Origin: Eutreptiella sp. 'Long Island Sound 2002'
Taxonomy: Eukaryota > Protista > Euglenida
Assembly (NCBI GenBank): GCA_964036045.1
Contig: OZ038379.1
Span: 13,144,001-13,208,000, forward strand
DNA length: 64,000 nucleotides
Reading direction: 5' to 3'
Each line of letters starts with the position of its first letter. Position 1 is the stretch's first letter. Positions 50,116 through 60,488 of this stretch are shown here, piece by piece. The position numbers were made by a program, and so were the translations under genes. The notes under the pieces were generated by a model. The model was given only the letters and a program-made list of their open reading frames with translations. It was not told where the DNA came from and did not search any database.

Positions 50116-51659
50116 TAGCGTTTGTTGAGGTCTTTTGCCCTGTGCTTGTGGTCTTTATTACAAGAGAATTTACGAAAACTTCTCTAGCAGAAATTGGAAC
50201 TCAAATCGTTTTTCAAACACTGTGCATACAAAATGGTTTTCGCTGCAAACAAAATTGAATATGTATCTAAACGCAATGAGCACCACATCTTTCTTTACCG
50301 TTGTCTCCGCTTTGTGCCAACTTTGTGCGTTTTGACACTTTTTGGGGGTTTTTTTACAACTCGTGCCCCAATGTGCAAAGATGTCACCACGTATGGGGGG
50401 GGGGGGGGACCAGAGCATGCTCTTTTGCGCACCAAAGGCTTTTGTGGTGCATCGGGGAAAGCAACAGCACGTGGCGTGAATTTGTATGAAGACATGGTAG
50501 CCGCCTGTTACAAAAAAAGGCAGCAAGCAACACAGGCAGTGTCCAAAACAGACGAAGATCTCAAACATGTTGTCAGTACAGCGTGTAGACCCAGGGTGTT
50601 CCAAATAGCCCTTTTCAAGGGCTTTCCGAATATATCCCATATAGAGAGAGCAATGGTCGGTTCCAATAGTCTGAATGCCCCTGCCATAGGCACTTTCAGC
50701 CATTAGTCCAATAGTGAGTGTCCTCTGCAAAGAGCTTCAATCCACCATCTGCTATGTACAGTGCATGTTCAATGTTGCACTCCATTTTATGGACCAAAGA
50801 CGGCACATGCCTATGTAGGACAGTGTCGCGTGGACCTGGTAGCAACACTAGGCTTTGAGGTCATCCTCGGCATCTCCCATATACCCACCCTCCCTCCGGG
50901 ACACTCACGCGGCACAAATGAGGCAACAAGGGCTGCAACCCCCTAAAACACACAAATTGGCACAATTCTGAACGAGGCCAAGAGAGATGCAATCAGCTTC
51001 AAAGGGCAACACTATGGCACCAACACATGCCCTTGAAAAGGAAAACAGCTTCAGCTTCACTGTAAGGCTAGGAAGTGGTTTTCAAGTACTACCAATTACA
51101 GATACCTTTCCAGCGTCCTTGATTGAAAATCAGAACCTGTTTGGTTGGCGATGAAAAATCATCAATCGCTTTTATATTATCGCATAAAGTCAGGTATTGG
51201 CAATCAAACTTGAAAATACATGGAACCTTTACTATTGCAAAGCTTGCAAAGGTGGAAGTTCGGAGTTGTGAATATCAATAATAGAAACCTGTTTATGCAA
51301 CTGGAGCCCTAAGGTCGCCCGGGCACTCCATCCCTGTCTCTACGCCACGATCGATGTCTCCGACCAGAGGGGGAGGGTGCAACTCACAGACGCCCACGGC
51401 GAGGGGCTCCAGGCGAGACGCCCACGAGCAGGGGCGTCTGACTCACACCCAGCGTGCCACTGGCGTCCACCGGGTCAGACGCCATCGAAGGAGCTGGACA
51501 CATTGAGTCGAACACAGCACGCGATCGGTTCTTACTTCGTGGTGGGTGTGCCAGGGCCGGACACTACTGAGTGGCACACTGGTCCGGGGCTGATTATCAG
51601 CGGAAACACAGCTCCCCCGCCTGCGCACACTCGCGTCCTGGTACACACACGTCAACATA

Positions 51660-52026
51660 CCCGTGGTTAGAAGCGTGCATGTATGTTTGTGCACGCTTAC
51701 TTTCCATGGCTTTGCACGCTTACGCACCCTTACACCCCAACACTCCGCACGCTTGTGTACGCTTGGGCTCGGGGACACAGAGGTGGACCTCTTGTATAGT
51801 CATGCACAGGCCCTCTGCAGAAAAAATATTGGTGCTGGTGGAATTTTTGTTTAAGAGCACTGTGTGCCGAAAAGGCACTTAAGGGGCTTTCAGGTCAAAA
51901 AAAAAAGTGCACGCTTGCGCACGCTTGGACGGGGAGATGGCGCACACTTACGCACACTTACCACCCAACACTGCGCACGCTTGTGCACGCTTAACGCTGG
52001 TCTGTGCGCTCGCTTCTAACCACGGG
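51660..52026. mobile_element. ~370-bp MITE with perfect 16-17-bp TIRs and internal GCACGCTT repeats
   Basis: (A)CCCGTGGTTAGAAGCG at 51659/51660 and CGCTTCTAACCACGGG(T) ending at 52026/52027. Flanks are TA and TC, so the TSD is ambiguous. Confidence 0.8.
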
Positions 52027-52174
52027 TCTGCACATCACTCGCCTACTCGCGGCCGTCCTCTTCCATACGTCAGTGCAGTCCGTCACGGTACACCCGACGG
52101 CCCAGTGGCATCGCTGCGATCGTGAGCCCAGGCGCCCCCGGCCCGTCCCCCGTCCTCTTTGGGCCTCCGGGGCC

Positions 52175-53092
52175 TCATAACTTCGCAGACGGCCGCTGCG
52201 CCACGAGGACACTCGTCATGGCTGGCAGCCCAGGGCAGCGCCGCACGCCCACGAACCCCGCGGCCTCCAGCATCGCCTGCAGGTCCTCTGCGTACAGCAT
52301 CTGCACCTCCGCGTTGACGCTCACGTGCATGAACGTCCACAGGGCTGTGTACGTGCCCGCGCCCCCGGCGGCATCGGGGCCCGCGCTGATGAAATCGTGG
52401 AGGACCAGCTGCCCGCCGGGGCCCAGCACGCGGAACGCCTCCCTGAAGAGCGCCGGAAGCGCGCCGAAGGGCACGCTGACGCAGAGGTACGACATCAGCA
52501 CCACGTCGAAGCGGCCGTGCGGGACAGCCCACGGGCAGTCCAGGGCAGAGCCTGGTATGAAGTGCAGGCGACGCGCCACATCCGGCCGCGTCTGGGCCAG
52601 CTCCGCGCGCAGCTCCTCCCCCGTCGCGACCACCGTCGGAAAGTCGAGCACCGTGCAGTCCAAGTGCGGGGCGCGCGCGCACAGCTCAGCGGACACGGGG
52701 CCGCTGCCGCCCCCGACATCCAGCACGCGGCGCGCCCGCACCACGTCGAAGTGGGCGGCGAGCATGCGCCCCACGCCCTTGGAGCCGTTGTGCTGTGCCC
52801 GGGAGTAGAGCCGAGCCTCCGAGGCGTCCTGGAACCACTGCGTGTAGTCGGCGGTCGCGCCCGCGCCCTCCCGCATCACCGCCGCTACCCGCTGCATGCG
52901 CAGGTACAGCTGCTTGTCGAGCTGGTACTTGTAGTAGTCCCCATAGTACGCCCGCGCCGTCGACACCATGAGCTGCTCCACCGATGGGGCGTTCTGGTAC
53001 GTTGTGTCTTTGGCAGTGGGTCCCCTAACGGCCCTCAGTACGTGCAGTGACTCCAGGGATTTGATAAGCACCATGAGACGGGTGGGCGGGAC
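52175..53092 (-). CDS. DSYB: DSYB-like methylthiohydroxybutyrate (MTHB) S-methyltransferase, exon 2 (catalytic class I SAM domain)
   Basis: Acceptor cctgcacag| at 53093 after a poly-C tract. Translation contains YYGDYYKYQLDKQLY, YTQWFQDASEARLYSRAQHNGS, LDVGGGSG, DFPTV, FDVVLMSY, HDF, ALWTFMHVSVNAE and PAMT, each matching DsyB/DSYB motifs as I recall them. The O-methyltransferase fold is certain; the DSYB orthology is from recall. Confidence 0.8.
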   Translation of the reverse strand, partial: VPPTRLMVLIKSLESLHVLRAVRGPTAKDTTYQNAPSVEQLMVSTARAYYGDYYKYQLDKQLYLRMQRVAAVMREGAGATADYTQWFQDASEARLYSRAQHNGSKGVGRMLAAHFDVVRARRVLDVGGGSGPVSAELCARAPHLDCTVLDFPTVVATGEELRAELAQTRPDVARRLHFIPGSALDCPWAVPHGRFDVVLMSYLCVSVPFGALPALFREAFRVLGPGGQLVLHDFISAGPDAAGGAGTYTALWTFMHVSVNAEVQMLYAEDLQAMLEAAGFVGVRRCPGLPAMTSVLVAQRPSAKL

Positions 53093-53162
53093 CTGTGCAG
53101 GTTGGGGTGGGGGAGGGGGGGGGGGGGGAGCACAGACGGGGCACACAAGGGGCGCACGAATG

Positions 53163-53830
53163 GGCCATGAGGCAACGGAAACTGGGCTCGCATACGCCCC
53201 CGTGTCACAGGCGCATGGTCATAACCACATTGTTCAGTGTTTTTCTCGCTGCACTGCAGCGCAGACCAGTTCTGTACCACACCAGGTGGGTGCTGACTGT
53301 GCTTTGGCTTTGGTCCTCTGGACACTGAGGTCAGCTCGCACCCACCACCCTCCCACAGTGCCGGTTAGTCTCTAACCCTTGCCCTGCAGGTCGTGCCCCT
53401 GTCATGCACTTGCTCTCTGGCACGTGAGGACGTGTCGTACCCGAACTTCGGGGGCGCTAAGGCGCCTTTGGTGGCGCAAAGGCGTCTCAACATTTCAACA
53501 AAAGTTCTGGCTGCCGGACACTTCAACTGGTCATTGCTGTACTGTGTGTACTGTGTGTGGCGCATACCTTTTCAGCACCACACCATGCGTGCACAGGCCG
53601 CCCACATTTTCATGTTTACTCGCTTCCAATACGCTCACATGGGCTGCATTCTCGCAGCCCTTGTCATGCTTCGGCTGTTCAACACGACGTGTTGCGCCTG
53701 TGCTCCAGGGGCGCAATGGCACCCCGTTGTTTCACCATTAAACTGCTCTGTGCTGCCATGGCGTCCCATACACCCTGGTCAGCTCGAACCCACCACCCTC
53801 CCTTTGCGCTGGTTAGCCCCCGACTCTTGC
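53163..53830 (-). mobile_element. ~700-bp dispersed SINE-like repeat, copy B, in the DSYB intron
   Basis: Colinear with 39526-40232. The motif ggtcagctcg(c/a)acccaccacc...ggttag occurs twice internally (~53330 and ~53780). Confidence 0.75.
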
Positions 53831-53974
53831 TCTGTGGGTCTCTCTCCCACTCTCTCCCTCTCTCTCTCTCCTACCCTCTCTCCTGCCCTCTCTCTCGCTC
53901 TCCTTCTCTCCGTTCCTTTTCCATTGCGCCCCACTCTCTCTCTCTCTCTCCTCTCCGTTCCTCTCCCACTGCGT

Positions 53975-54067
<93 letters not shown>
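53830..54067. repeat. (CT)n microsatellite: pure tract ~53980-54067, degenerate CT-rich sequence to its left
   Basis: Direct reading of the sequence. Confidence 0.97.
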
Positions 54068-54071
<4 letters not shown>

Positions 54072-54175
54072 AAAAGGGGTTTTCGGGACGTTCAGTGGAT
54101 CTCTATCCCCCCCGGGGTTCGAACCCTCCTCTACAGGACAGAAGAGGTGCGGTATATCCACTGGGCTATGACGAG
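54068..54175 (-). mobile_element. tRNA-derived SINE-like / Pol III unit with a (GA)n tail
   Basis: Minus strand: A-box TAGCCCAGTGG (54168-54158), B-box GGTTCGAACCC (54125-54115), CCTCT/AGAGG stem between them, TTTT at 54075-54072, then (GA)n. The acceptor and D stems do not pair, so it is not an intact tRNA. Confidence 0.7.
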
Positions 54176-55456
54176 TTGTTATCTGCATCACTTGCTCCAT
54201 TCTGTCCTACTCCCCCCTGCGTGTCATCCCCTGTCATGCATATCTCCTTTCGCATGGGGGTGTGCTCAGCAGCGTGTAGAGGAAATGCACAAATGGGGGG
54301 GGCGGGGCTCCGAAGTAAACTTTGCACCGACACTCCCGCCCTCTTCTGTGACCCCCGTCCGGTCGAGGGGGTTGTTGGCCGCAACTCATATCTTGCGAAC
54401 CTACCATACCTTTGCGAGGGTTCGAGGGGTTCGTTGGGCAGGCGGTGACTCAATCACGGGTCCAAAAGCGGGCATTCTTACTGATTTAGACGGTGCGGAA
54501 AATGTCTGTTTTAGTGGCATAAAATGCGGGTCCCGAAGGTGAAGAAATTTCCGCAATCGTCCCCGGGCGAACCGCGTCCGCCGCTGTAGTGGGGAGGAGG
54601 GGCTTGGGTCGTGCCTGTGAAGAGCTGTTGCTTCTGCTCCCATTTTCTGTTTGTTTTTTTGGTTCTGATTGGGCTCTCGGTCCCAATTGAGCTCTCAAGC
54701 GACCGCCCGGGTCAAAGAGTGGCGCGTGTCATACAAACGAGGGTCCCACACGGGTGAGTGTGGTCTGGACTACCGCCCAAATCCATCCCGACCGCATCAG
54801 CGTTGTCATTTCTGATGAGGGAAGCACGGTGGTCGCTGCTACAAAGCATGTGTTGCAACATGTATGGAGGAACGCCTGGCGGTTCTTATGTTGGAGTCAC
54901 AAGCTAGTTAGCATTGGTGACATCCTCCCGAAGCACAACGTGTTCTCGATGATCAATCTTCTTTACCGGTCATTGTCTCTGGTTCGAGTACCGATGCAGG
55001 AGGGTGCTCTGCACCACCGAAGAGGGGTGATGGTACGATTTGCACGCAGGGGGCAACAAGTGCACAGGGAGCCAAGGGGCATTCAGGGGGTACATAGGAA
55101 TACGGTGTGGGGGGGAGGAGGGCAACAGCACCTGCGGCGGGGATTGATGGCATGGGCCTGGGAGAGACGCAGTTGGCACACGCCCCCCCCCCCCCGTGCG
55201 GCGCAGACATGGCCGAAGGCAGGGGAATGGACGGTCCTGCGGGAATCCTGTGCTTGCGTGTGACCCACAGGCAGGTGGTCCTTGAGGGGGGTGCAGCACC
55301 ATTCGGCGAACATCGTATCAAAACAGACAGAAAACGGGAGCAGCAGTGAACAGAAGGTATCCGTCGGTTCAAATTTCACGGTCTGGGAGTCATTGGACGG
55401 GAAACCTGTCACGAGGAGGGGGGGGGGGGGGCATGAGGGTCCATCAGGGGGCACAC

Positions 55457-55639
55457 TTGCGTCTCCTGGGCCAGCGCCGTCACAGTCGCGCCGGCGCCGA
55501 GTCGCGAGATGGCGTCAAACAGGCCAATGTCCAGTGCGCAGAACAGAGCCTTGGATGCCGCAAAGCCATACGCCATGGAGTTGACGTCCACGTCATCAGG
55601 GACGGGGGCAGTCGAGTGGTCAGCGGATGCGGTCTGCAT
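55457..55639 (-). CDS. DSYB: DSYB-like methyltransferase, exon 1 (N-terminal dimerisation region, 61 aa from ATG 55639)
   Basis: MQTASADHSTAPVPDDVDVNSMAYGFAASKALFCALDIGLFDAISRLGAG...LAQETQ|, donor caa|gtgtgc at 55456. A phase-0 join to VPPTRL gives a continuous 366-aa protein. Confidence 0.8.
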
Positions 55640-55686
55640 GGCCTTTCTCAGCAGCACAGTTTGGTTTAGGCAAAACCCAGAGGGCT

Positions 55687-55710
55687 CTGCGCAGCGCCAA
55701 AAAAAAAAAC
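55687..55710 (-). promoter_or_regulatory. Candidate 3' splice acceptor (cis-intron or spliced-leader trans-splice site) upstream of the DSYB ATG
   Basis: Minus strand ttttttttttggcgctgcgcAG, with AG at 55688-55687, 47 nt before the ATG. Confidence 0.45.
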
Positions 55711-58700
55711 AACTAAATATGCGGGGTCAAGCAGGGACGTCCCCACCATTTGCACTTAATGAGGCTCAACACAATGCCTTATTCAACAGTCGACGCAGAC
55801 TCCAACACTATAGACTCGGCCTATAGCCACTGACACTATAGACACTATAGACACGGCCTCCACAGTCAGCACGAGCGATTCAGAGGAATAATCATGGCCC
55901 CGGTGTCCAGCCCCCCCACACACTTTTGTTGTTCCAATGCAGTTTTTAGCTAGATTTGCCTGGTTGGCAAGAGCACCCAAAAGAAGAGGGTGCCAAACGC
56001 ATTGGACACATCATGGGGCTCAATGGAAGCCCCCCCCCCCCCCGTTTTACTCCAATACATATGTCTCAAGACAGTGCTCAGCGCGACGTGGCGATCATTT
56101 GGAGGTACATTGAGGCACATAAACCGGGGTGTTTGGCTCTGTCAGTTTGATGTTGCAGGTGCCATTGCCACAAGTGGAAGGCATATGAAAAACGATGGTT
56201 TCAAAACCAGCACTGGGAATAGAGGGCATTAAGGGTCATACAGGGGTCACAGGAGTAGCACAAACCGCACTAGAAAAAATTTTAAGGCAGGGGTATTCCC
56301 TCCCCTCCCTGCATCCCCTCCCTCTTTGCAAATCAGGTGAATTGCAGAATTGGTTGACCCGAAAATTTTGCAGGGGTGTGCATGTCTTGGCGCAGGTGTG
56401 CGTTTTCTGCTGTGATCCAGCACAATACAGTGCAACATGATGCTACGGAACACAGCGAAGGTGTCGTTACTGGGGATTCAGTGTGAACGGAGAGGGAATG
56501 CCTTTTTTCCGAAATAGATCCTGCAGCCCTGCAGCCGGGTGCTGACGAAGCCACCAGTGCACCCCTACCAAGAGTCAGCAGATCCGGAGGCCAACAAAGC
56601 CGTGAGCGAGTCGGCGGACAGTTTTCAAGGTTTTTCAAGGTCTTCTAGAAAGTCCCGTACCGCACCATGGGATACGCTGAAGCTTCGAAGTGTAGCAGAA
56701 AAAACCTGCTCTTTTTCCTTTGACTTGTACCAATTCCCTACAATGTAGTGTTGATCCTTCACGTTGAGTTCCACTCAAAAATGCGCGGCTTTCCAAGTGG
56801 AGCAGTACCCTGCCCCAAATTCTTGGCCTTTTCCGACTTTGCCGACTCAGTGCCGACTGGTTGGCCCCCCGACTCAGGGGGAGGGAGACCAACTAGCCTC
56901 AAAATACCTTTGGGAGTTCCAACCGCCATCCGTTAAGCCCCAACCGCATGGGGCCCGAGGCTGCTGCTAACAAAAAACAGCCAAAAATCATAGCGTTCTC
57001 AACAACCACCACTGCTGATGTCCAACTTTCATTCAGGTATTCAGCAGCGCCAGTCCCTCGAACCAAAATTCTTGAACAAAGGTTGTTTCCCTGTCCCATG
57101 ACAATGACATTGGTATCTCCCTCTGTGGGCTCCCGCCATTGGAACCCTGGGGCAAAGGTACATGTGCTTGCTTCCATTCTTATCCAGCCCTGTTTACCAC
57201 GGGAGGAATAATCTGAGGGGGGGTTTTGGGGAGGGCCAAAATTAGGGGGGCGGGAATTTGGTACTGCTGCTTAGAAATGAAGGAAAAGTTAGTGTAAGGC
57301 CCCTTGCTGTTGCTTCTTGGTGGATGATTTACCGACTTGCACCATCTTGAGGACCAGGGAACACAGTGTCATTTGACACCGCGTCTCACCTCCATGTAGC
57401 GCATCCACACTGCATGTAGCACGCAGAAACCCCCCCCTGCAGCCCATGTCCAGTGCACACATTGTGGCGCGTGGCATCCTGAAACTTGAAGGAAATATTT
57501 GGTACGAGGCAGGGCTTTCAAATTTGTCCACATCAGTTTTGTCCCTATCTAAAGTTGCCTCCCGTGGTACCCCCTGTGTCTCGTGCGGTTGTAGAGTCGC
57601 CTACATGCCGCGAACAGCCTCATATGGTGCCCGTTCCATTTCCTGGTATTAACGTTGTGTCAGGCGCCCTTTCCCTATCTGTTTTCTGCAAACGGCCGCC
57701 CTCATCGCAAGCTACAAATCTGCCGACCCTGCGAAGCCATGTGATCCGTCGTCAGGCTTTTTCTTCAAGGGAGAGTAACCCAAAGGCCGATTTCAGCAGT
57801 TCCACAGGTGCGGATATCCAAGTGTGACAGGGAGGCCACGGCCCCCTGACCCTATGCTTTAAGGGCCTTCAGAGAAACTAATACACCCATGCACAAGCAT
57901 GTCGTAGACGAGGTGGGGGTGGGGTCCGGAACCCAAAAAATTGTTCGCCAAAAGTGCCCCATCAAAAAATGTTCACCAAAAATGGCTGCATTAAAATCTG
58001 GGCCCAGGTGGGCTCAGGGGAAGGGGTCCCCCCGTACACCACCAACTCCACGCAGCATCCCAAATGCAACCGCGGCACAGCAACAACACAGTAATTGGCA
58101 ACCCATTGACACACATCCTGGCGCCGCGTCCAATGCATACAACGCCCCTTGTCCACCAGGCCTGGCCATTGTAAGCTACACGCGGGGCTCAGGATCCCCG
58201 ACCGGGTCAGGACACGCCGTCAGGCCGTGTGCTGTGGCCTGCAATATAATGCCCTTCCGCCCCGGGGTCATGCATCCAACACGCGGCCGGGCAGTTGGCG
58301 GACCGACCCGCAGTGCCAGTGTCGCAGGGACCCATCGTGGCTTCGACGGGCTCTAATGTGGGGTAGACCGGTGGTCTGCAAGTTCTCTCAAATTGTGCAA
58401 AAAATAAGCCGAGTGTCGATGCGCGATCGCACCCCCCGAGGAAAATGCAGGCCGCCGGCCCGCACCTCCCGCGACTCGGATGCCTCTTGGGAGGGTGCTC
58501 GATATGCGAATAACCTATCACGAAAATCGCCCAACTCGCGAAAATCGCTAAACATCCGCGAAAAAATCGCTAATGATCGCTGCGTTGCGCAGGTGCTGGA
58601 CTGGGCCCGGATCCGGGCCCCAGCAGCTGGACGGCGCTCGCCCCTCAAGGGGGGTCCACCGGCGGCGCACGGCCATGGCCACGGGGGCTAACTGGAGGCA

Positions 58701-58929
58701 GTCGCGCCGGTGGACAGAGCAGCGGGCGCGCGCTCGCGCGATCGCCCGACCAGACCTCCGCTCATCGTGGGATCGCCGGGCGAGGCGGCGATCCTGTGCC
58801 CCCGGGGGTCGGGAGGGGCTTTACGGGCGGTGTACGGGAGCCCCTGTGCCGGGCCCCCGACCCTCCCGCGCGCGGCCCTCTTCCCCCGCCCGCCATCACG
58901 ACAGCCTCAGGGGCTACTGCCGAAGGCGC

Positions 58930-59157
58930 CTACAGATATGCGATGGTCCGCGAGGGCTGCTCGACGAGGAACGTGTTGGTGGCGGGGGCGGCGTAGGTCT
59001 CGGGGGCGGTCACGCGGTGGTACCCGGGGTAGGCGGGGGAGCTGTGCACGATGGGCTCATGGTGGGTGGGCCCGTGGTGGGCGGCGGGGGGGCCAGGCAG
59101 GCGGTGCCCGCTGCTCTTGTCGATGTACTCCACCGAGACGACGGTGCCCTTTCCGAC
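58930..59157 (-). CDS. Pro/His/Tyr-rich repeat protein, last exon
   Basis: Acceptor poly-C...catcgcag| at 59158. Reads VGKGTVVSVEYIDKSSGHRLPGPP...IAYL*, repeating the VVSVEYID.S.G.R..GPP motif of the previous exon. Confidence 0.8.
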   Translation of the reverse strand, partial: VGKGTVVSVEYIDKSSGHRLPGPPAAHHGPTHHEPIVHSSPAYPGYHRVTAPETYAAPATNTFLVEQPSRTIAYL

Positions 59158-60488
59158 CTGCGATGGTGCGGGGGGGGGGGGGGGGTCTCCCCTGACAGGG
59201 CACAGCAGGGGGGTGGGGGGGGGGGGGGGGGTGACGCGGTCATGAAGTTTGAGCGATGCATCACAGTGGGAGGGGGAGTTTTGCCAACAGTCCCTCACCC
59301 GCCCATCGTTGGAACCGGTCCCATCTGTGGAACCCTTGGGGGGGGGGGGGGGGGGTGCTACCCATAGGCGGGGGGTTGCCATAAAGGCGGAGTAAGTGTG
59401 CCAGTTGGCACTTTCGGGTGGACACACTGGTTGGGGTTTTTGTAGGGGAGAGGGGGGGGGGGGGAAGGGGGTTCAGGGGGTTGCCAGGCAGGCGAAAGAA
59501 GTACGCCGGTTGGTGTTTCCAGATGAGCTCAGTTGGTCAAGTTCTGGGGAGGGACATGTGCACATTCTTTGTCCCCAGACAGTGAGGAACCGTATTTTCC
59601 CGCCCGGTATGCCCCCCCAACACCCGTGGTTTCAGCCACTATGCGGCATGGTTCTCAGGCCGGCACGGAGGTCTCAATAGCATGTGGGGTGAGCCCCCCC
59701 CCCCCCCCCCGGACCGCCTTCGCTGGGCCGCGAGTCCCCCCTCCCCCTGGGTGGGTCCCTTGCTGGGCCAATCAGGTGAGCATGCATACTCAACTCGCCC
59801 CCTTTCCGGTCTCTTCGCAACTGCTCAAAGTCTATTGGGCACCCACCGGCTCCAAGGTCTGGCAGGGGAGGCGTTCCAAAGGACATGTCATGGGCTGAGA
59901 ATTTTGTCACCACATTTTCTCCATCACCTTGGCACTCTACCCCTTTCCAACCCCCGGTGTCCAGTGCCACGTCTCGGGTACGACCTGTTGTACACCCTCG
60001 CCAACAAAACAGCACAGCCCCTCCCCCGAACGCCTGCCATAGACCCACACCGCTGACTTCAAGTCCCACTGCTCACGGTGCTGCTTGTTTCCTGTGGCCT
60101 CTGCCTTCCACATGCGGCCTGCTGTTATCACGCGGTGCCCCACCAGCCGTTGCGGAACCCCAACCTGCGGGGAAGCGCAGTGCGTGCGCAGTGCAAACCT
60201 GGGGCTTGCGGGGCAATCCCGGGCACCCATGTGTTTGGGGAGGCCTGATCCAAGAGAAGTGCTACCAATCCGTCACCGCTTGGCCCTTTGCACGCCCACG
60301 CTCTGACGCCACACCGTTTGTTTGCCCGTGCTCCGAAATACCAACAACTGAGTGGCACGCAACGTGCATCAGCCCGGCCTTAGCCTGATTCAAGGTACAC
60401 TGCCTTGCCTAGCTTCAGCCCAACCCCTGGACTAAAATCTCAAGTGGGCACCCTGTCCGGAACCGCTCCCTGATCCCTCGCCGCCGAC

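Noticed and set aside
50170-50730. ORFs of 170-186 aa on both strands, with a faint ankyrin-like KALEKGYLE
   Set aside because: No repeat periodicity, no GC-rich coding bias like the real exons, and no convincing splice sites linking them to the ankyrin ORF.
52083-53050. Overlapping long ORFs (199-241 aa) on the DSYB exon, and similar ones over the ankyrin and 60.4-61.3 kb exons
   Set aside because: These are shadow ORFs of GC-rich coding sequence with no recognisable motifs.
54105-54175. Functional tRNA gene
   Set aside because: A and B boxes are present, but the acceptor and D stems do not pair and the central loop is 10 nt, so it was reclassified as a tRNA-derived SINE.
54585-54632. ~45-bp similarity to the window end (63950-63998)
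   Set aside because: Probably a shared dispersed-repeat fragment, but the second copy is cut by the window edge and cannot be characterised.
30000-55639. Methyltransferase or DMSP biosynthetic gene cluster (FAMeT + DSYB)
   Set aside because: The genes are 22 kb apart across satellites, the FAMeT domain is not a proven methyltransferase and looks disrupted, and no aminotransferase, reductase or decarboxylase is visible.
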